Of a stretch of 64,000 nt of DNA, positions 25,858-34,888 are shown piece by piece. The position numbers and the translations under genes were made by a program. The stretch's first letter is position 1; each line of letters starts with the position of its first letter. The stretch lies in UHGV virus genome UHGV-1351569; one strand, 5' to 3'. The notes beneath the pieces are model-generated. The model made no database searches, was not told the origin of the DNA, and worked only from the letters and a program-made list of their open reading frames with translations. Source of the stretch: a virus.

Positions 25858-26331
25858 ATGAAATCATATGCTCAATTTTTAAATGAAGCGGTGATAAATG
25901 AAGCATCTAGCACTGAAATTCAAGCTGTCGCGAAAGCAGCCATTGCAGCGGGTAAATATTCCTATAAAGATGCTTCTGACGAATCACGATTCCAATTTGC
26001 TCGTGATATGAAAGCCGAAGGATTTACAGGGAATGCAGTTAGTATGGCTTGGAAAAGTTTAGTTGCTACTGGAGCTGCTTTTGCAAAGGCTTCAGGTAAA
26101 CCTGCTCCTAAAGCAGATCCTAAAGTCACACAAGAGAAAAATATTGTTAAAGGAATTATCTCCAAATATGAAGCTATCCTTAAAGAGCTTTTAGTAATCA
26201 AAACTGAAGGCCAAAAACTGGCTCGTGCTTATAGTTTCAAAGATAACCCACATGCTCACTCTCTTGAGTATGTTGAAGACATCCAAAAAATTATTAAAGA
26301 CCGCATTTGGTCTGCTAAACAAATCAAATAA
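25858..26331 (+). CDS. hypothetical protein with capsid-targeting-like N-terminus MKSYAQFLNEA
   Basis: 157-aa Ala/Lys-rich protein; N-terminus resembles internal-protein targeting sequence; late promoter upstream. Confidence 0.5.
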   Translation: MKSYAQFLNEAVINEASSTEIQAVAKAAIAAGKYSYKDASDESRFQFARDMKAEGFTGNAVSMAWKSLVATGAAFAKASGKPAPKADPKVTQEKNIVKGIISKYEAILKELLVIKTEGQKLARAYSFKDNPHAHSLEYVEDIQKIIKDRIWSAKQIK

Positions 26332-26339
26332 CATTCTTA

Positions 26340-26366
26340 GCCCTAGCCGAAAGGTTGGGGCTTTTT
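26340..26366 (+). terminator. rho-independent terminator, near-identical copy of the 25781 hairpin
   Basis: GCCCTAGCC-gaaa-GGTTGGGGC + T5; a second GGCC hairpin follows. Confidence 0.65.
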
Positions 26367-26498
26367 GGTATCTAGGCCTTTCCGGGCCTCTCTAGGCATC
26401 ATTTAGTTTATACCCTTTATAATTATTATCCTACCTTTTAATTTCCTCTCCCTGCCCTAGAATTCCCTAAAACTTTTTAAAAAATTTTTCACAAAACT

Positions 26499-26528
26499 GT
26501 TTACATCCCTATTCTTCCATGGTACTAT
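26499..26528 (+). promoter_or_regulatory. early promoter with A/T-rich upstream element
   Basis: TTTTTCACAAAACTGTTTACA ... GGTACTAT. Confidence 0.6.
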
Positions 26529-26571
26529 ACAACTATCAACTACTGATACAGAAAACAACTTGGAGAACGAA

Positions 26572-26835
26572 ATGGATAATTACGGCGAACTGTTCAACTT
26601 CTTTATGAAATGCGTTTCAGAAGATTTCGGTCGTACAGTGAATGATATTAAAGTTATCGGTCCTGATCATCCGATGTTTGAAACTTACGCAGTAATGGGT
26701 AATGAAGATGGTCAGTGGTATACTGTAAAGGTTGTGATTAATATGTTCACGGCAGAAGGTTATGTTAAACTGTCTTCTAAAGTTTACCACGATAACGACG
26801 AAATCGCAGAAGAATATTTCAATAATATGAAATAA
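26572..26835 (+). CDS. hypothetical protein
   Basis: 87 aa from RBS-supported ATG (GGAG). Confidence 0.5.
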   Translation: MDNYGELFNFFMKCVSEDFGRTVNDIKVIGPDHPMFETYAVMGNEDGQWYTVKVVINMFTAEGYVKLSSKVYHDNDEIAEEYFNNMK

Positions 26836-26865
26836 GTTTACACAGGCTCATGATTGAGATATTAT
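26836..26865 (+). promoter_or_regulatory. early promoter overlapping an inverted repeat
   Basis: GTTTAC at 26836, -10 GATATTAT; inverted repeat CAGGCTCAT...ATGAGCCTG spans the spacer and -10. Confidence 0.55.
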
Positions 26866-26890
26866 GAGCCTGTAATTTGAGGAGAACATA

Positions 26891-27289
26891 ATGAATATTG
26901 AAGATAAAGAAATGCGAGAGTTATATAATTCATTAACACCTGAACAACAAAAAGCTGCCAAAGAATTAGAGAAAGCTCTTAGTTTAAGCTTGACAAAAAC
27001 TGATTGGGCCGCCGTGTATGAAGAAAAAATGAGGTCGGAAAATGAAGCTGCCGAGAGAAATGAATGGATTGTGGATACCAAGATTGGAGCTGATGGTTGT
27101 TCTGTTGAGGTGTCAGCTGTAGTTAAAGGTACTCATGGCGAAAAATCATGGGGTTGGCATAATGAGGCAAACAAATATATTGTTCTCTCAACATCAAAAA
27201 CTTATGGTCAAAAGGTTCCTGTATCCAAAGCTATTATTAAGCAAGCTCAATGGGAAGCCAATGAAATCTGTCTCGCAAAAATGAAATAA
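26891..27289 (+). CDS. hypothetical protein
   Basis: 132-aa ORF, RBS GAGGAG. Confidence 0.5.
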   Translation: MNIEDKEMRELYNSLTPEQQKAAKELEKALSLSLTKTDWAAVYEEKMRSENEAAERNEWIVDTKIGADGCSVEVSAVVKGTHGEKSWGWHNEANKYIVLSTSKTYGQKVPVSKAIIKQAQWEANEICLAKMK

Positions 27290-27293
27290 CATG

Positions 27294-27323
27294 TTTACAT
27301 TTCTCAAATAACAGGATATAATT
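27294..27323 (+). promoter_or_regulatory. early promoter
   Basis: GTTTAC ... GGATATAAT. Confidence 0.55.
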
Positions 27324-27363
27324 CTATACGGATTTTAAATCTTAATCAACTTAAGGAAATACT

Positions 27364-27957
27364 ATGAACACACTGAAGAAAATTGTTGAGTTTATTCGCA
27401 CTAAACTTGGTTCTGCTATGGCTAAAAATTTATCTGTCGAAGAACAGTATACTGCTGCGGCAGCAAAACTACTTGATAAAATTAAAGATCTAAAAACTGC
27501 TTCTGTTAAATCTATTAATGAAGAAAAACGTATTCGTGAACTTATTGTCGAAAAGAATCGACAAGCCGAATCAAAAGAGCGTGAAATTCGTAAACTTCTT
27601 TCCGAAGGTCAAGATGTAACAATGCACGCTAAACTCGGTTTACTATATCGTCGAACAGCTGAGCAGTTGACTACTAAGGCTGACGGTTATGCTGAAATGC
27701 GAATTGAAATCGCCAAGAAAGTAGTTGAGTTAGATGATGCTCGCCAAGAACTTGCAGTTAAATTGGAATATATCCGTGAAACTCGTGCAGCAAATGCCCT
27801 TGGAATTAGTACTGCCGATGATGTAGTTGAAATCGCAGCGCTGACTAAGGTTGATATTGAAGATACCCTTGCTCGAGTTGAAACCTTTAACGGTAATATT
27901 TCCGGGGTTGAAACTACCTCTGCCGATGTTCAGGAATACATTAATTCTCTGAAATAA
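27364..27957 (+). CDS. hypothetical coiled-coil protein (PspA-like features)
   Basis: 197 aa, predicted long helices; RBS AAGGAAA. Confidence 0.45.
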   Translation: MNTLKKIVEFIRTKLGSAMAKNLSVEEQYTAAAAKLLDKIKDLKTASVKSINEEKRIRELIVEKNRQAESKEREIRKLLSEGQDVTMHAKLGLLYRRTAEQLTTKADGYAEMRIEIAKKVVELDDARQELAVKLEYIRETRAANALGISTADDVVEIAALTKVDIEDTLARVETFNGNISGVETTSADVQEYINSLK

Positions 27958-27962
27958 TGATA

Positions 27963-27978
27963 AGGGGCTTCGGCCCCT
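27963..27978 (+). terminator. hairpin AGGGGC-ttcg-GCCCCT
   Basis: 6-bp GC stem with UUCG tetraloop; weak U tract. Confidence 0.4.
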
Positions 27979-27998
27979 ATTACTTGGAGTAAATAGGA

Positions 27999-28607
27999 AT
28001 GAAAATGCAAAGTGATTTCAATTCAATGTTTGAAGAGTTCCAAAGACAGGTTGATGTTCCAGACCAATTACTAAATGCTCTTAAACGTATGGCAGAAGGA
28101 CGTAATTATTATTGGGGGTCTTCATATGAAACTGATGAAAGTCTTTCTGGAAGATTTTCTAGAGGTAAAAAGTCTTTAATACGTCCTGGAATACTCATTA
28201 AAAGTATTGAATCAATTCATTCATTGACGTGTGATTTTGATGTTGAATTTACTGATTTCATTTCTCCTGAATGGACAGTTTGTTATTTAAATGACGATTA
28301 TGATTATCTTGGCGTTTATAGTTTAAGTGACGCATGGTTTAAACGTAATTTACAAAAGTCAAATTTGTTCTATATTGATACTACGGTAAAATTTCAGGGA
28401 AAGAAATATTTCTTTACTCTTATAGTTGACTCTGAAACAAAACATGAAAATAAACGTATTCTTAGCAAAAAGAATATCTTGACTATTGTTGATGATCTTT
28501 TTGATAAATTCGTGGAAAATCCCAATTTTGAAAGCGATTTATTATTAGAAAAATTTGTTAAGGAATGTAGAGAATATGTCAAAGCCATCACTATACCTTC
28601 CAAGTAA
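27999..28607 (+). CDS. hypothetical protein (C-terminal FVKECR motif)
   Basis: 202-aa ORF; alternative start at 28005. Confidence 0.5.
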   Translation: MKMQSDFNSMFEEFQRQVDVPDQLLNALKRMAEGRNYYWGSSYETDESLSGRFSRGKKSLIRPGILIKSIESIHSLTCDFDVEFTDFISPEWTVCYLNDDYDYLGVYSLSDAWFKRNLQKSNLFYIDTTVKFQGKKYFFTLIVDSETKHENKRILSKKNILTIVDDLFDKFVENPNFESDLLLEKFVKECREYVKAITIPSK

Positions 28608-28968
28608 ACCTGTGAAGTATGAATTAAAGCGCCGGCTAATTCCTACTGATATATTAATAGGTCCTGTGACAGCTATATCATTTGTAATTCTATTGATTGT
28701 TGGAATGGTTATAGACTTTATGACTGATATTGAATCTGGCGTAATATTTCTGTTAGTATTAATTCTTCCATTTGTAGTTCCATTTTTATTAGTACCTGTA
28801 AATTGGGTAGGATACTGGTATCAAGGAAGGCATTATCGTAAACGCGTACGTGATTGGAAAGCACAGTGTAAAAAGATTAAAAAGGAACATCAGCTTAAAC
28901 TTGCTGCGTATGAATTTGATGAAATTATGAAATTTGTTAAGGAATCACGATGCAAAAGCCAAAACTAA
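28576..28968 (+). CDS. small membrane protein, paralogue family member 1
   Basis: two predicted TM helices; C-terminus ...KFVKESRCKSQN. Confidence 0.5.
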   Translation: MSKPSLYLPSKPVKYELKRRLIPTDILIGPVTAISFVILLIVGMVIDFMTDIESGVIFLLVLILPFVVPFLLVPVNWVGYWYQGRHYRKRVRDWKAQCKKIKKEHQLKLAAYEFDEIMKFVKESRCKSQN

Positions 28969-29312
28969 ATAAAGTCAAATATTCGTTTCCCGAGGCGCTA
29001 TTAATTCTTGCTGTGGCGTTGGCTGCAGCTCTTGCGGGTAGTCTTTTTGGATTGTTAATTGACTGTCTTATTTTAAACATTGACGGCACAGTAAATATAA
29101 TAGAAGTTTGGAGTGAACTTCGTTTTACTATAGCGATTTCATTATTTTCATTCTTTGGTACCATGTTATATTTTCATTATGATAATTTTAAAATAAATTG
29201 GCAAAGAAAAAAGGATTACAAAATACAATTAAAGGAATATAATAACTACATGTCTTATATTGAAAAAGAATCAATGGAAGAGTTTGTGAGTGATTGTAGG
29301 AAAATTAAATGA
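28950..29312 (+). CDS. small membrane protein, paralogue family member 2
   Basis: two predicted TM helices; C-terminus ...EFVSDCRKIK; start overlaps upstream gene end. Confidence 0.55.
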   Translation: MQKPKLNKVKYSFPEALLILAVALAAALAGSLFGLLIDCLILNIDGTVNIIEVWSELRFTIAISLFSFFGTMLYFHYDNFKINWQRKKDYKIQLKEYNNYMSYIEKESMEEFVSDCRKIK

Positions 29313-29797
29313 TTTTAAAAACTCGCTGGTATGATTTAGATGACGGGGATGATGGCATTTCAGTTGATAGAGTTGACTGGAATGGCTGTTCCGAAGATAT
29401 GAAAAATTTGCTGATTAGGGAGTTTAGAATGGGATATCAACCAGTTAAGCCATCTACTGCAACAGATGATAAATTCGTGTGTATTCATAATGGTCGCGCT
29501 AAATTAACGAACGCTGATTGGTTCACAGATAAGATTATGATTCTGTGGTATATTATTAGTTTTCCTGTGACATCATTTGTATTTTGCTTCTTTGGAGAAA
29601 GTCCAGTAGACAAAACGGGAGATTGGATTATTTTAACCATACTTGTTAATATTTTTACAGCAGCAATACTATCAGGAATATGGTACGTGTTCATTGAAAT
29701 GCCATGGCGGTTACGTAGGCAGCAAAAGATTTTTGATGAAAAGAAATATACTCAAAATTTAAATAACTTTATCACCGAATGCAGGAAATTAAAATGA
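29309..29797 (+). CDS. small membrane protein, paralogue family member 3
   Basis: two predicted TM helices; C-terminus ...NFITECRKLK. Confidence 0.55.
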   Translation: MILKTRWYDLDDGDDGISVDRVDWNGCSEDMKNLLIREFRMGYQPVKPSTATDDKFVCIHNGRAKLTNADWFTDKIMILWYIISFPVTSFVFCFFGESPVDKTGDWIILTILVNIFTAAILSGIWYVFIEMPWRLRRQQKIFDEKKYTQNLNNFITECRKLK

Positions 29798-30234
29798 AAA
29801 CATTATCAGCTGGTATTATCTTTATGACAGAAGATAAAGATTTATTCATGGGACGGGTTACTGGTTCTCGTAAGCCTGGAATGATGACACATCGCTGGGA
29901 TATTCCAAAAGGCCGTGTAGAAAATTCTGATTTGAGCGCACTAGATGCAGCACGAAGAGAATGCTTAGAAGAGACCGGTTTTAGCAATTATAATCCAGAC
30001 CTTCTAGAAGACCTAGGTGTATTTAAATATTCTAGTAATAAAGACTTACAGTTATTTTATTATACGATTCCAGTAGAGCATGAGATGTTTAGAAATTGCC
30101 ATTGCGAGTCTTATTTTGAAAATAAAGATGGCGTTATGATTCCAGAGATGGATGCTTTTGCTCTTATTCCTCGTACCCAGTGGCAATATGTGATGGGTCC
30201 TTCACTTTACCGAATAATGAACAACCTCTTTTAA
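29779..30234 (+). CDS. nudE: Nudix hydrolase
   Basis: Nudix box GRVENSDLSALDAARRECLEETGF; immediately upstream of e; alternative RBS-supported start at 29794. Confidence 0.75.
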   Translation: MQEIKMKTLSAGIIFMTEDKDLFMGRVTGSRKPGMMTHRWDIPKGRVENSDLSALDAARRECLEETGFSNYNPDLLEDLGVFKYSSNKDLQLFYYTIPVEHEMFRNCHCESYFENKDGVMIPEMDAFALIPRTQWQYVMGPSLYRIMNNLF

Positions 30235-30765
<531 letters not shown>

Positions 30766-30769
30766 AGCT

Positions 30770-30800
30770 GTTTACTTTCTCTTGGAATTGTGATAGTATA
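30770..30800 (+). promoter_or_regulatory. early promoter
   Basis: GTTTAC ... TGATAGTAT. Confidence 0.5.
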
Positions 30801-30853
30801 TTCACAGTTACTTGAATAGATAAATTACTAATTAAAATATTTAAAGGAAACCC

Positions 30854-31327
30854 ATGAAAACATATCAAGAATTTATTACTGAAGCAGCTATTAATTCTCA
30901 AATTATTGCTGAATCTTTTACTGATCTTTTGAAATTTAAAAAAGGTCAAAAAATCACTGCTGTATTGGATGATGGTACAGAAGTTGAGATGGATGTACAG
31001 GGATATAATTATGCAGTAGATGGAAAACTGTATAATAAATCTCATGCTAAATTTGATTCATTTGACGACTTTGTTAATACAGTTGAAGATGAAAAAACTC
31101 GTCGATCCATTGCAACTGGTGATGCTAAGGTTCTTATGGCACATGGTCATGAACGCATTCGCGCTAAACAGAATAAAATGGGTGAAGATAATTTTGCATT
31201 AGTTGGTTATCAATCTGGTAAACAAACTTATGGCTATCAACGTACTGCTACAGTGTATAATAAAAATGGTAAAATCGCTTTCGTGAATAGCAAAGGCTCT
31301 ATTCAGTACGTCAAATCATTCAAATAA
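30854..31327 (+). CDS. internal-protein-like protein with capsid targeting sequence (ipIII position)
   Basis: 157 aa, begins MKTYQEFITEAA; adjacent to e where T4 has ipIII. Confidence 0.6.
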   Translation: MKTYQEFITEAAINSQIIAESFTDLLKFKKGQKITAVLDDGTEVEMDVQGYNYAVDGKLYNKSHAKFDSFDDFVNTVEDEKTRRSIATGDAKVLMAHGHERIRAKQNKMGEDNFALVGYQSGKQTYGYQRTATVYNKNGKIAFVNSKGSIQYVKSFK

Positions 31328-31480
31328 GCAAATAAGAAATATGGGAACAAGCTGGACCTCATGATTCTATGAGGGATTCCCGCCAACCTGTAATAAGGTC
31401 GAGCCTAAGTGCGGTAATGGGTAAATACAGAAATGGACAATTCATGCGCCATGGAATGGCCCAAATTTAGAGAGAATAAA

Positions 31481-32020
31481 ATGAGAACATTTTTAACTGG
31501 TCCTTATCTATCCCTGATGAATGCTTTTACACACCATTCTGATGCTAGAGTAGAAGAAATTTGTAAAAACGATTATATCCCACCATTTGAAGACTTACTA
31601 AAACAATATTGCACACTTCGACTAGATGGTGGACGTCAATCTGGTAAATCAACTGCTGTGACTAACTTTGCTGCTAATTGGCTGTATGATGGTGGAACAG
31701 TTATTGTTCTTTCTAATACTTCAGCTTACGCTAAAATTTCTGCGGGCCACATTAAAAAAGAATTTTCTCGTTATTCTGGCGATGATATTCGATTCCGCTT
31801 ATTTACCGATTCTGTCCGTAGTTTTATCGGTAATAAAGGAAGCAAGTTCAGAGGTTTATCGCTTTCGCGTATTTTGTATATAATTGATGAGCCCGTTAAA
31901 TCTCCTGATATGGATAAAATTTACAATATTCATATTGAAACTGTGCACCACTGTTGCAATAGTAAATGCTGCATTGGTGGTATTACTCGTCCACAGTTTT
32001 TCATAATCGGAATGCAATGA
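31481..32020 (+). CDS. predicted P-loop NTPase
   Basis: Walker A GGRQSGKST and Walker B-like ILYIIDE; start at RBS-supported ATG (ORF extends to 31433). Confidence 0.55.
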   Translation: MRTFLTGPYLSLMNAFTHHSDARVEEICKNDYIPPFEDLLKQYCTLRLDGGRQSGKSTAVTNFAANWLYDGGTVIVLSNTSAYAKISAGHIKKEFSRYSGDDIRFRLFTDSVRSFIGNKGSKFRGLSLSRILYIIDEPVKSPDMDKIYNIHIETVHHCCNSKCCIGGITRPQFFIIGMQ

Positions 32021-32346
32021 TGACAGACACGCAACTTTTCGAATATCTTTATTTTTCGCCAAAAACTATTAAAAATAAATTGGTGAATCATTTTGAAATT
32101 TTGGCAAATAACAACGTCTTGAGCGAATTTTATCCTAAGCAATACAAATTACAAAAAGGCGTATTCAAAGGATGCAGAGTTTTGTGTACTGCTCCTAATG
32201 CAAGATTAATGAATAAAATTCCATATTTTACCATGGAATTTATTGATGGACCTTTTAAAGGACTAATCACACAGAGTTTAATGGCATATGATTCTGAGCC
32301 ATTTTTAATTAAAGAACAATCTTGGATAAATTTATTTTCTAATTGA
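32017..32346 (+). CDS. hypothetical protein
   Basis: 109 aa; ATG overlaps upstream stop (ATGA). Confidence 0.5.
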   Translation: MMTDTQLFEYLYFSPKTIKNKLVNHFEILANNNVLSEFYPKQYKLQKGVFKGCRVLCTAPNARLMNKIPYFTMEFIDGPFKGLITQSLMAYDSEPFLIKEQSWINLFSN

Positions 32347-32353
32347 GGTTTAT

Positions 32354-32716
32354 ATGAAAGCATATCAAATTCTTGAAGGCACACATAAAGGCACTATTTA
32401 TTTTGAAGATGGTATTCAAGCACGAATTATTGTTTCTAAAACCTTTAAAGAGGACTCTTTTGTAGACCCAGAAATTTTCTATGGTTTGCATGCCCGTGAA
32501 ATTGAAATTGAGCAACAGCCTACAGTTAAAATTGAAGGTGGTCAACACCTGAACGTTAACGTTCTGCGTCGTGAAACTCTGGAAGATGCAGTTAAGCATC
32601 CGGAAAAATATCCACAGCTGACCATCCGTGTATCCGGTTATGCAGTTCGCTTTAACTCTCTGACTCCGGAACAGCAGCGCGACGTTATCGCTCGTACCTT
32701 CACTGAGAGTTTGTAA
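32354..32716 (+). CDS. autonomous glycyl radical cofactor (GrcA/YfiD-like) protein
   Basis: C-terminus ...[60 protein letters not shown] carries the RVSGY glycyl-radical motif; RBS GAGG. Confidence 0.8.
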   Translation: MKAYQILEGTHKGTIYFEDGIQARIIVSKTFKEDSFVDPEIFYGLHAREIEIEQQPTVKIEGGQHLNVNVLRRETLEDAVKHPEKYPQLTIRVSGYAVRFNSLTPEQQRDVIARTFTESL

Positions 32717-32937
32717 TGGCAAAGATAATTATTGAAGGTTCTAAAGATGTGCTAAATGCTTTCGCCGAGTGGTTTAGTAATTCAGGCGAACAGCAATTTA
32801 ATGAAGCATGGAATATGGGTGATATTGATGGAATTTATCCTACGACAGAAATTTCTGTTCAGGGATATGGCATTCATGAACCTATTCGTTTAGTTGAATA
32901 TGATTTAGGTACTGGTGAGGAAGTAAAATATGATTGA
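32716..32937 (+). CDS. hypothetical protein
   Basis: 73-aa ORF, start overlaps upstream stop. Confidence 0.45.
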   Translation: MAKIIIEGSKDVLNAFAEWFSNSGEQQFNEAWNMGDIDGIYPTTEISVQGYGIHEPIRLVEYDLGTGEEVKYD

Positions 32938-33196
32938 AGATATTAAGGGTTATAAGCCACATACTGAAGAGAAAATCGGTAAAGTGAATGCTATCAAAGA
33001 TGCTGAAGTTCGTTTAGGACTTATCTTTGACGCTTTATATGATGAATTTTGGGAAGCACTAGATAATTGCGAAGACTGTGAACTCGCGAAGAATTATGCC
33101 GAAAGCCTTGATCAGTTAACTATTGCTAAAACGAAACTCAAAGAAGCCAGTATGTGGGCTTGCCGTGCAGTGTTCCAACCAGAGGAAAAATACTAA
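32930..33196 (+). CDS. hypothetical protein
   Basis: 88-aa ORF. Confidence 0.45.
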   Translation: MIEDIKGYKPHTEEKIGKVNAIKDAEVRLGLIFDALYDEFWEALDNCEDCELAKNYAESLDQLTIAKTKLKEASMWACRAVFQPEEKY

Positions 33197-33474
33197 TGGC
33201 TCAATTAAGCGCAGGGTTTGGTTATGAGTATTATACTGCCCCTCGTCGTGTATCTGCTGCTCCTAAGAAAATTCAGAGTCTTGATGACTTCCAGGAAGTA
33301 GTTCGTAACGCTTTCCAGGACTATGCACGTTATCTTAAAGAAGATTCACAGGACTGTCTCGAAGAAGATGAAATTGCTTACTATACGCAGCGTCTTGAAC
33401 AGCTCAAAAATCTACATGAGGTTCGTGCAGAAGTTTCAAAGTCTATGAATAAATTGATTAGATTTAAAGAATAA
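33196..33474 (+). CDS. hypothetical protein
   Basis: 92 aa from ATG overlapping upstream stop (TAATG). Confidence 0.45.
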   Translation: MAQLSAGFGYEYYTAPRRVSAAPKKIQSLDDFQEVVRNAFQDYARYLKEDSQDCLEEDEIAYYTQRLEQLKNLHEVRAEVSKSMNKLIRFKE

Positions 33475-33476
33475 TT

Positions 33477-33506
33477 GTTTACTTTTCCTCTTGACTGTGG
33501 TATAAT
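33477..33506 (+). promoter_or_regulatory. early promoter
   Basis: GTTTAC ... TGGTATAAT, then RBS AGAGGAG. Confidence 0.6.
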
Positions 33507-33533
33507 TTTTCTATCAGTTAAGAGGAGAACAAC

Positions 33534-33995
33534 ATGACTATCAACACAGAAGTTTTTATCCGTCGAAATAAGCTCCGTCGTCACTTTGAGTTGGAGTTTC
33601 GTCAAATTAACAATGAGATTCGTGAGGCATCAAAAGCAGCAGGGGTCTCATCGTTTCATCTAAAATATTCTCAACATCTTCTTGATCGCGCAATTCAACG
33701 GGAGATTGATGAGACATACGTTTTTGAATTATTCCATAAAATAAAAGACCATGTTTTAGAAGTTAATGAATTCCTGAGTATGCCTCCGCGTCCTGACATT
33801 GACGAGGATTTTATTGATGGGGTTGAATACCGTCCTGGACGTTTAGAAATCACAGATGGAAATCTTTGGCTTGGATTTACAGTTTGTAAACCTAATGCGA
33901 AGTTCAAAGACCCGTCGCTTCAGTGCAGGATGGCAATTATCAACAGTCGTCGTTTACCAGGAAAGGCTTCTAAAGCAGTAATTAAAACTCAATGA
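33534..33995 (+). CDS. regB: RegB site-specific endoribonuclease
   Basis: 153 aa, MTINTEVFIRRNKLRRHFELEFRQINNEIREASK... recognised as T4 RegB. Confidence 0.85.
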   Translation: MTINTEVFIRRNKLRRHFELEFRQINNEIREASKAAGVSSFHLKYSQHLLDRAIQREIDETYVFELFHKIKDHVLEVNEFLSMPPRPDIDEDFIDGVEYRPGRLEITDGNLWLGFTVCKPNAKFKDPSLQCRMAIINSRRLPGKASKAVIKTQ

Positions 33996-34002
33996 GGTAA
34001 GC

Positions 34003-34548
34003 ATGAGAAAAGCACTACTCGCTGGTCTATTGGCCATTTCAATGATGGCACATAGCTCCGAGCATACTTTCAGTAATGTCCAACTCGATAACATGCGTTA
34101 CGCGTATCAATTCGGGGAACAATTTTCTAAGGATGGAAAATATAAAACACACAAAAATATCCACAAGAGCGGATTAGGTCATATAATGGCTGCTATTTTA
34201 TGGCAAGAAAGCTCTGGCGGAGTTAATTTAAAATCTAAACCAAAGCATCACGCTTACGGAATGTTCCAAAATTATTTGCCTACTATGCGAGCAAGAGTTA
34301 AGGAACTTGGTTATAATATGACCGACGCTGAAATAAAAAGAATGTTGAATAAACGATCCAATTCAGCTTCCTGGGCGTACATTGAACTTTCTTATTGGTT
34401 AAATATACATAAGGGCGATATAAGAAAAGCAATATCCTCTTATAATTCGGGATGGAATGTTAAAGCAGGTTCTAAATATGCTTCTGAAGTCCTAGAAAAG
34501 GCTAATTACCTTAAAAATAATAAACTTTTGGAAATAGTAAATGACTAA
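34003..34548 (+). CDS. secreted lytic transglycosylase-like protein (SLT domain)
   Basis: signal peptide MRKALLAGLLAISMMAHS; SLT motifs WQESSG, GMFQ, YNSG. Confidence 0.65.
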   Translation: MRKALLAGLLAISMMAHSSEHTFSNVQLDNMRYAYQFGEQFSKDGKYKTHKNIHKSGLGHIMAAILWQESSGGVNLKSKPKHHAYGMFQNYLPTMRARVKELGYNMTDAEIKRMLNKRSNSASWAYIELSYWLNIHKGDIRKAISSYNSGWNVKAGSKYASEVLEKANYLKNNKLLEIVND

Positions 34549-34888
34549 AATTTTGGTTTTATGTATAGGATTAATTTCATTTTCTGCTTCTGCGTCAGCA
34601 GATACATCATATACTGAAATTAGAGAATATGTAAACCGCACTGCGGCAGATTATTGTGGGAAAAATAAAGCATGCCAAGCTGAATTTGCACAGAAATTAA
34701 TATATGCATATAAAGACGGAGAAAGAGATAAATCAAGCAGATACAAAAACGATACATTATTAAAACGATATGCTAAAAAGTGGAATACTTTAGAATGTTC
34801 AGTTGCGGAGGAGAAAGATAAAGCCGCTTGTCATTCAATGGTTGACCGTTTGGTAGATTCTTATAATCGAGGATTGAGTACTAGATGA
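34541..34888 (+). CDS. small secreted protein (vs-like)
   Basis: 115 aa with signal peptide; position of T4 vs. Confidence 0.5.
   Translation: MTKILVLCIGLISFSASASADTSYTEIREYVNRTAADYCGKNKACQAEFAQKLIYAYKDGERDKSSRYKNDTLLKRYAKKWNTLECSVAEEKDKAACHSMVDRLVDSYNRGLSTR

Noticed and set aside
26372-26400. Possible extra regulatory element TCTAGGCCTTTCCGGGCCTCTCTAGG
   Set aside because: Most simply a second short GC hairpin reinforcing the adjacent terminator; no evidence for anything more.
31433-31480. Longer N-terminal extension of the P-loop NTPase ORF (start at 31433)
   Set aside because: No RBS before the upstream ATGs, whereas ATG 31481 follows GAGAG at the right spacing.
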